51,441 bases of DNA. Origin: an uncultured bacterium. Lineage in GTDB: Bacteria > Spirochaetota > Spirochaetia > Treponematales > UBA12059. The stretch spans positions 1-51,441 of the forward strand of contig CAXZAJ010000001.1 of the NCBI GenBank assembly GCA_964293355.1, written 5' to 3'. The notes below the pieces were generated by a model. The model was not told where the DNA came from and did no database searches. It saw only the letters and a program-made list of their open reading frames with translations. The stretch's first letter is position 1. The number at the start of each line of letters is the position of its first letter. Shown one piece after another: positions 46,554 to 51,441 of the stretch. The translations under genes and the position numbers were made by a program.

Positions 46554-47794
46554 GCCACCGACCGCCTGAACCGACGCTCCTGAGCAGGGACGACACTGTC
46601 AGGCTGGCCTGGGAAGCCAGGTTCGCGCCTGTTGGCCAAGATGAGCACGCGGCCAGAGCCGCAAGCCAGATACGGCGGCTGGGGCATGTGCAGATAGACA
46701 CCATATCGGTTGTCGAGCGCGCCCATCATCATATTCTGTGGAGCGCAGACCGCCTCTATCGCCCCGATCACCTGCAACTGCTCGAGACGTCGCCAAGGCA
46801 AGCCTTCGAGTATTGGGCGCACGCAGCCGCCTATCTCCCCATGGAAGACTACCGGTACTGCCTGCCCAGAATGAAACGGATAGCGGAAACGGGCCACCAG
46901 TGGTTTCCCTCCGACCCTAAGATCGTCCAGGCCGTGCTCGATCGCATCAGGGCAGAGGGTCCACTCCGCTCGTCTGACTTCAAGAGCAGCGAAGGGCCGC
47001 GCGGACCGTGGTGGGACTGGAAGCCCGCCAAGGCCGCACTGGAATACCTGTTCATGTCCGGCACCCTGCTCGTGGCCGCCCGGCCGGGCTTCCAGAAACT
47101 CTACGACCTTGCCGTACGCGTGCTGCCGCCGGAAACGGATACGCGGCTTCCCGCTGACGACGAGAGGGGCGACTGGGACGTCCGCAGGGCCGCGCTGGCG
47201 TTCGGAGTGTTCTGCGAGGCGGACGCGGGTTACAACCGCAAAGACGGCCGCGGAGGCCTCCGTGCGGCACTGACCCGAGCCATGGAATCCGGTCTGCTGC
47301 AGGAAGTGCGTATCCAGGGCGACGAGGGCCGCAGGCACTGGGCTGCCGCCGATGCGCTGAGCCGCTTGTCACGGCCCCTGGTCGAACAGGAAAGGCCACT
47401 CCGCATCCTGTCTCCCTTTGACAACTACATCATAGACAGGAAACGGACCAGCCGCCTCCTCGGCCTTGACTATACGATGGAGTGCTACGTGCCCGAGGCA
47501 AAACGAAAATTCGGCTACTTCGCGCTCCCCGTGATCTGGAAGGGCTTGCCGGCTGGCCTCATAGACTGTGCCGCTGACCGAAAAACCGGAACGCTGGTCA
47601 TCAAGCGCGCGGAGTTCCGGATGCAAACGCAAGCAGAAAACAGGTTGTTCTTCAGCTTGCCCGAACTGGGTCAGGCCAAGGCGAAAAGGCATTTCCCCGC
47701 AGGCTTCAGAAAGGCACTGGATGCCGAACTGAAGGCCTTTGCCTTGTTCAACCGGTGCGATACGATAGTGGAAGCACGATGCGATACAGTATGA
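46550..47794 (+). CDS. winged-helix DNA glycosylase, AlkZ/YcaQ-like (DUF1006 family)
   Basis: QIDTISVVERAHHHILWSR-type N-terminus. C-terminal KRKFGYFALPVIWKGLPAGLIDCAADRKTGTLVIK, as in YcaQ-family proteins. GTGA overlap with the macrodomain gene. Confidence 0.7.
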   Translation: MSHRPPEPTLLSRDDTVRLAWEARFAPVGQDEHAARAASQIRRLGHVQIDTISVVERAHHHILWSADRLYRPDHLQLLETSPRQAFEYWAHAAAYLPMEDYRYCLPRMKRIAETGHQWFPSDPKIVQAVLDRIRAEGPLRSSDFKSSEGPRGPWWDWKPAKAALEYLFMSGTLLVAARPGFQKLYDLAVRVLPPETDTRLPADDERGDWDVRRAALAFGVFCEADAGYNRKDGRGGLRAALTRAMESGLLQEVRIQGDEGRRHWAAADALSRLSRPLVEQERPLRILSPFDNYIIDRKRTSRLLGLDYTMECYVPEAKRKFGYFALPVIWKGLPAGLIDCAADRKTGTLVIKRAEFRMQTQAENRLFFSLPELGQAKAKRHFPAGFRKALDAELKAFALFNRCDTIVEARCDTV

Positions 47795-47807
47795 ACATGG
47801 AGTCAAC

Positions 47808-48668
47808 TTGAAAATCCAGATACGGAATTCCGCATTGCGCGTAGCGGGAATCTACGCTGCCGTTTCATTTGCCTGGATCGCGTTCTCCGACCGCGCGGCA
47901 ATGCTGTTGTCCATGGACTATGCGCACCTTGCCTGGTTCCAGACCATAAAAGGTCTGTTATTCGTCTCGGCGACCTCCGTCATCCTTTATCTTTTTTCCA
48001 AACGGCAGTTCGAGCACCTGACCCGCGTCCAGGATGCGAGGGAGCAGGAGATACTGGCTTCACTGCGTGAAAAGTAAGCCTTGCTGCGGGAAATAGACCA
48101 CCGGGTAAAGAACAACCTTCAGGTCATCATCAGCATGCTGACCCTCCAGGGAGGCGATGATGGCCGATTCGCCGATCTGGGTCAGAAAGTCAGCTCGATG
48201 GCGCTGGCCCAGGACCTGCTGACCGAGTCTACCGACCTGTCTTCCATCGATGCCGGCAACTTCGCCGAGCGGCTGGCCGAATCGTTGAATGCAGGCATGG
48301 AACAGCCGCGTGTCAGGATAACCGGAGAAGGTGATGCCTTAACGCTCTCGTCCGACGTTGCGGTCTCCATCGGAATCCTCATAGCGGAAGCATGCTCGAA
48401 CGCCGCCAGACACTCGCGCCGTTCCGCTGATGAAACCGTTTCAATACACATATCCATAAAGGATGACACGGGGAGCACGGTGGTCACGGTGCGTGACGAC
48501 GGGCAAGGCTTCCCTGACAGGCTCCCCGGAAGCACTGCCCTCAACTCCACCAGCATAGGTTTCGCGCTCATGGAAGCGATCGCGGAACAGGTGCATGGAA
48601 AGCTCAATCGTCGCAACGACGGGGGTGCGGTCGTGGAGCTCAGGATTCCGGAAGCCGGCCAGCCATAA
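47808..48668 (+). pseudogene. HisKA_2-type membrane sensor histidine kinase interrupted by one in-frame TAA (48075-48077)
   Basis: ORFs 47808-48077 (two TM helices plus linker) and 48081-48668 (LLREIDHRVKNNLQ H-box plus HATPase_c) are in the same frame and separated only by TAA-GCC. Confidence 0.7.
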
Positions 48669-48687
48669 GCCGGCCAGCCGGCGCAGT

Positions 48688-49926
48688 TTACAGCTCCTGT
48701 GAATCCCAGGCGGCAACGAGCGCTCCCACGCGCGTCGATGCGGCTATGATGTCCTCGTGCGTCGGTACCGCCGGAAGCGCATCGACCACTTCAAAGACGA
48801 GCGACTGGGCCTGGGCCAGCGCGCCTGCCTGGTTCTCGGCCCTCATCGGATTGCGGCGCACGCGTTTTGCCGCCAGGCGCCTGGCCTGCCAGTAGGCTTC
48901 TCCGCCAGCAGAACCGTCGGCATAATCGTAGCCGGTCCACAGGGGCGTAAAAACTCCATCCTTCAGCAGTATTGGCTTGAACAGGTTGGAGCATGCGTAC
49001 GACGCGCCGGTAAACCATAGCACTGCCCCGTCCGGCTTGTATTCCACCAGCATCGAGGCGGTCGTCGGATTGCCCATCACGTCGCCGTCATGGTCGCAGA
49101 CATTGCGGGGTTTACCCGGATGCTCCGGGTCGATGGCGGCATGAGCCCTGAGCACATTCAGCGCCGAGGCCCGGCCGCCGGACAGGGTCGCGGCCGACAG
49201 GAGCCCCTGCACCGCGCGCCGTCTGGCGTCGCCCGCGGAGAACCGTGACAGGAACTTGTGCTCCACGTACTCCTTCCAGGAACCTTTTTCAGAAAGCCTC
49301 CCCGCATCCGCCTCGTCAAGGCAGGCCATGCGCTCGTTGACCACCGCGATGGCTTTGCGGGTAACCGCATCCACCCGCTTGTAGTCGTCGGTAAGGGAGT
49401 AGGAATTGGATATGGCCGCCGGTGAGTCCAGTTGCTTCCAGGCCCAGCGCTTGGCCGCCGTTTCCAGCACGAAGGCTGCATCCGGCCCCGTTATCATGTA
49501 CGTGTTGTTGTAGACGAGCTTGCCCCTGAACGAGCCGACCCCGCCCTGGTCGTAACGCTCGGTAAGCGTTATCAAAACTTCAAGGGCTTCCTGGGCACTC
49601 GAGGCCGAGGAAAGCGCGGCCCGGACGAAGTCCATGCCCAGCACACCATCAGGCGCGGGCTTGAAGCGGCTGAAAACCGCCTCGTTGCCTATCGCTACGC
49701 CCGCGCCATTGAGCCCCATCTCGGCGCCGGGCATCCAGGTAGGGCAGGAAACGGCCAGTGCGTGGCCGGCGTCCTTGATGTCAAAGGAACGCGGTCCGAC
49801 GGTGACAGCCACGGACGGTTCCCGCCGCGGAATGAGGCGAAACGCCTGAGGCTCAGCCGCGTTGCGGTCGGAATTCTTTCCCATGAACATGCCGCCTTCG
49901 GCAGGCAGATAGAAACTGTCACACAT
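48688..49926 (-). CDS. Ntn-hydrolase peptidase, C69/secernin-like
   Basis: N-terminal MCDSF...GKNSDRNAAEPQ matches the secernin/C69 pattern, with the nucleophile Cys directly after the initiator Met. GGAGGA RBS upstream. Confidence 0.6.
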   Translation of the reverse strand: MCDSFYLPAEGGMFMGKNSDRNAAEPQAFRLIPRREPSVAVTVGPRSFDIKDAGHALAVSCPTWMPGAEMGLNGAGVAIGNEAVFSRFKPAPDGVLGMDFVRAALSSASSAQEALEVLITLTERYDQGGVGSFRGKLVYNNTYMITGPDAAFVLETAAKRWAWKQLDSPAAISNSYSLTDDYKRVDAVTRKAIAVVNERMACLDEADAGRLSEKGSWKEYVEHKFLSRFSAGDARRRAVQGLLSAATLSGGRASALNVLRAHAAIDPEHPGKPRNVCDHDGDVMGNPTTASMLVEYKPDGAVLWFTGASYACSNLFKPILLKDGVFTPLWTGYDYADGSAGGEAYWQARRLAAKRVRRNPMRAENQAGALAQAQSLVFEVVDALPAVPTHEDIIAASTRVGALVAAWDSQEL

Positions 49927-49949
49927 CGGTACTCCTCCGGATGGATAGT

Positions 49950-49977
49950 AAAAAAGCCGCTCCCCTGAAGGAGCGGC
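49950..49977 (-). terminator. rho-independent terminator downstream of the ferritin gene
   Basis: On the minus strand: GCCGCTCC-ttcagg-GGAGCGGC followed by TTTTTT. Confidence 0.75.
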
Positions 49978-49997
49978 AGAAATTCAGGCAAGTCTGA

Positions 49998-50528
49998 TCA
50001 AACAGCGGGGAAGGGGGCGGTGTAGTCCAGCGGGATAGTCACGGCACGCTTGCCAAGCTCTATGTTCAGCATGAACAACCCCTGCTTGCTGTCGCCCAGC
50101 AACTCAAGGTTGCGCAGGATCTCGATGGCGTTCTTCTCTTCCTCGGCCTGCTCGTCGATGTACCAGCGGACGAGGTTCTCGGTGGCGTAATCCTTTTCGG
50201 AGATGGCGAGTTCGAGCAGTTCGCGGATGGAAGCGGTAACGAACTTCTCGTGCTCCAGGGTCGCCTCGAAGAATTCCTTGATGGACTTGGCCTTGATTAC
50301 CGGCTTGTCTATCTGCTCGAGTACGGGCTTGGCGCCCTGGTCAATGAGGTACTGATAGAACTTCATGGAATGGAACATTTCTTCGTGGTACTGGGTCATG
50401 AACCACTTGGCTATGCCGTTGTAGCCATCATCGCTCATCTGGGCTGACATCGCCATGTACAGGTAGCCTGAAAAGGTCTCGCGGTTGATCTGCAGGTTTA
50501 TCCTGTCTGCCACTTTCTTGGAAATCAT
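49998..50528 (-). CDS. non-haem ferritin
   Basis: INRETFSGYLYMAMSAQM ... QYHEEMFHSMKFYQYL ... TLEHEKFVT, ferroxidase-centre residues in the ferritin pattern. Confidence 0.9.
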   Translation of the reverse strand: MISKKVADRINLQINRETFSGYLYMAMSAQMSDDGYNGIAKWFMTQYHEEMFHSMKFYQYLIDQGAKPVLEQIDKPVIKAKSIKEFFEATLEHEKFVTASIRELLELAISEKDYATENLVRWYIDEQAEEEKNAIEILRNLELLGDSKQGLFMLNIELGKRAVTIPLDYTAPFPAV

Positions 50529-50637
50529 ACAAAGCTCCTTGCATCATACTGTATTAGTGTCAGGTGCTTTCAAAAAGCAACCTTTGATCAAATATAGTCT
50601 TTACCTGCCGTCAGGGCAAATTCAACGGTTCTGGTCA

Positions 50638-51441
50638 TCAACGAACGAGCCAGCTCGAGTAGTACACGCAGGGTTCGTCAAAGGCCACCGGCACCTCGTC
50701 CAGCCTCGTCCAATGGCCCGGCAGGTCCAGCGCGCGTGCCGCCGCCTCGAAATGCCTCATGGCAATGCCTATGTCGAGTTCCTGTATCCTCACGCCCCGG
50801 ATGGCGGTGTTGTAGGCTTTGTCCTCGTACAGGAACAGGTGGAAAGCCGAATCATTATCCGAACCCGTTCGAACGATGCGCCAGGGCTGCTTGTTGGAGG
50901 CGGAAGGCCCCCTCCGTACCGCCTCGAGTACTGGCTTCCAGATGCCGCTTTCCTCTTCAGTAAGTGGCGCTATCCATGTACCGTTGAAGAAAATTTCTGA
51001 CCAGGCTCGGCGTTTCTTCGATCCGGCCAACGCGCGCATGGCGGTATCGACCATGGTACGGCGATCGGCTGGTTCGCCTACGGGCGTTACCGCGGGCACC
51101 ACCTCGTCTTCAGTCAGCCGCAGTACCTCCCTGGCACCGGAGCGGTCAAAGGTACCGCCGAGCCAGCAGGTTCCCAGCCCGTTCGCGGCCGCCACCAGCA
51201 GGATGCCTTCCAGTGCATAGCCGAAATCGGCGCAGGCGAACGGGGCACTGCCCGTAGCGCCAACGATAAAGGCCGGCGCATTCTTGATTATGCCGTACGT
51301 GCCGATGCGCCCCGAGGCCACGTCTCCGACGGATTCAGGCTCCACCATCGCAAAGCGCGGCCTGGTGCCGGAGGGGCAAGGCCCCGATGAAGCCATGGCC
51401 GAATCCAGCAGCCTGCGGTCGCTGGGATGGAGTCCCCGACC
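50638..51441 (-). CDS. nitroreductase-family protein (probably continues off the right edge)
   Basis: GPSASNKQPWRIV and a CWLGGTF-type core. The frame stays open from ATG 51396 to the window end (…HPSDRRLLDSA-M…), so the true start may lie outside the window. Confidence 0.6.
   Translation of the reverse strand, partial: GRGLHPSDRRLLDSAMASSGPCPSGTRPRFAMVEPESVGDVASGRIGTYGIIKNAPAFIVGATGSAPFACADFGYALEGILLVAAANGLGTCWLGGTFDRSGAREVLRLTEDEVVPAVTPVGEPADRRTMVDTAMRALAGSKKRRAWSEIFFNGTWIAPLTEEESGIWKPVLEAVRRGPSASNKQPWRIVRTGSDNDSAFHLFLYEDKAYNTAIRGVRIQELDIGIAMRHFEAAARALDLPGHWTRLDEVPVAFDEPCVYYSSWLVR

Noticed and set aside
48652-48679. A 13-nt direct repeat, AAGCCGGCCAGCC-AT-AAGCCGGCCAGCC, spanning the histidine-kinase stop codon.
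   Set aside because: It is a small local duplication in a GC-rich 19-nt convergent spacer. The self-complementary GCCGGC units cannot form a stable terminator hairpin, and I can support no functional reading.
1-51441. tRNA, rRNA, integrase, transposase or att-type repeats that would delimit the low-GC island.
   Set aside because: None was seen by eye. Intergenic spaces are short and lack tRNA-like T-arm or acceptor features, and no recombinase motifs appear in any ORF. The left island boundary is outside the window, so mobility cannot be assessed here.

Overview
The window has two parts with different base composition. All family assignments below come from motifs read by eye; I ran no BLAST or HMM searches.

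**Part A (1-13459, roughly 42-55% GC by eye).** This is a single-strand Type I restriction-modification operon: hsdM (partial, runs off the left edge), hsdS and hsdR. Extra defence-type cargo sits between its subunit genes:
- an ABC/OLD-like ATPase with a Toprim/DUF4435-like tail, followed by an 85-aa ORF (between hsdM and hsdS)
- a 1211-aa protein with an N-terminal FRG domain and about 950 aa of unassignable helical sequence
- a truncated rhuM
- a Septu-like pair (PtuA-like ATPase plus TIGR02646/PtuB-like HNH protein)

These genes are chained to hsdS and hsdR by overlapping stop/start codons. This nested island, especially the FRG giant and the ATPase-Toprim module, is the best candidate for an undescribed defence system.

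**Part B (13479-51441, roughly 60-68% GC).** This looks like ordinary chromosome of a motile diderm bacterium. In order it carries:
- a Mla-like ABC/MCE operon with a TPR lipoprotein
- a Uma2 nuclease, an archaeal-type UMP-kinase-like gene and a cyclophilin
- a TrpR-family repressor divergent from a Trp/Tyr-type ABC importer
- six tandem methyl-accepting chemotaxis protein genes followed by cheW, a STAS gene and cheA
- exbB, exbD and a tonB-like gene
- a 7TM-PAS-GGDEF cyclase
- an operon of an L/F-transferase-like gene, an NfeD-like gene and two flotillins
- a macrodomain gene translationally coupled to an AlkZ/YcaQ-like glycosylase
- a HisKA_2 histidine kinase broken by one in-frame TAA
- a secernin-like C69 peptidase, a ferritin and a partial nitroreductase

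No rRNA, tRNA, CRISPR array, integrase or transposase was seen.
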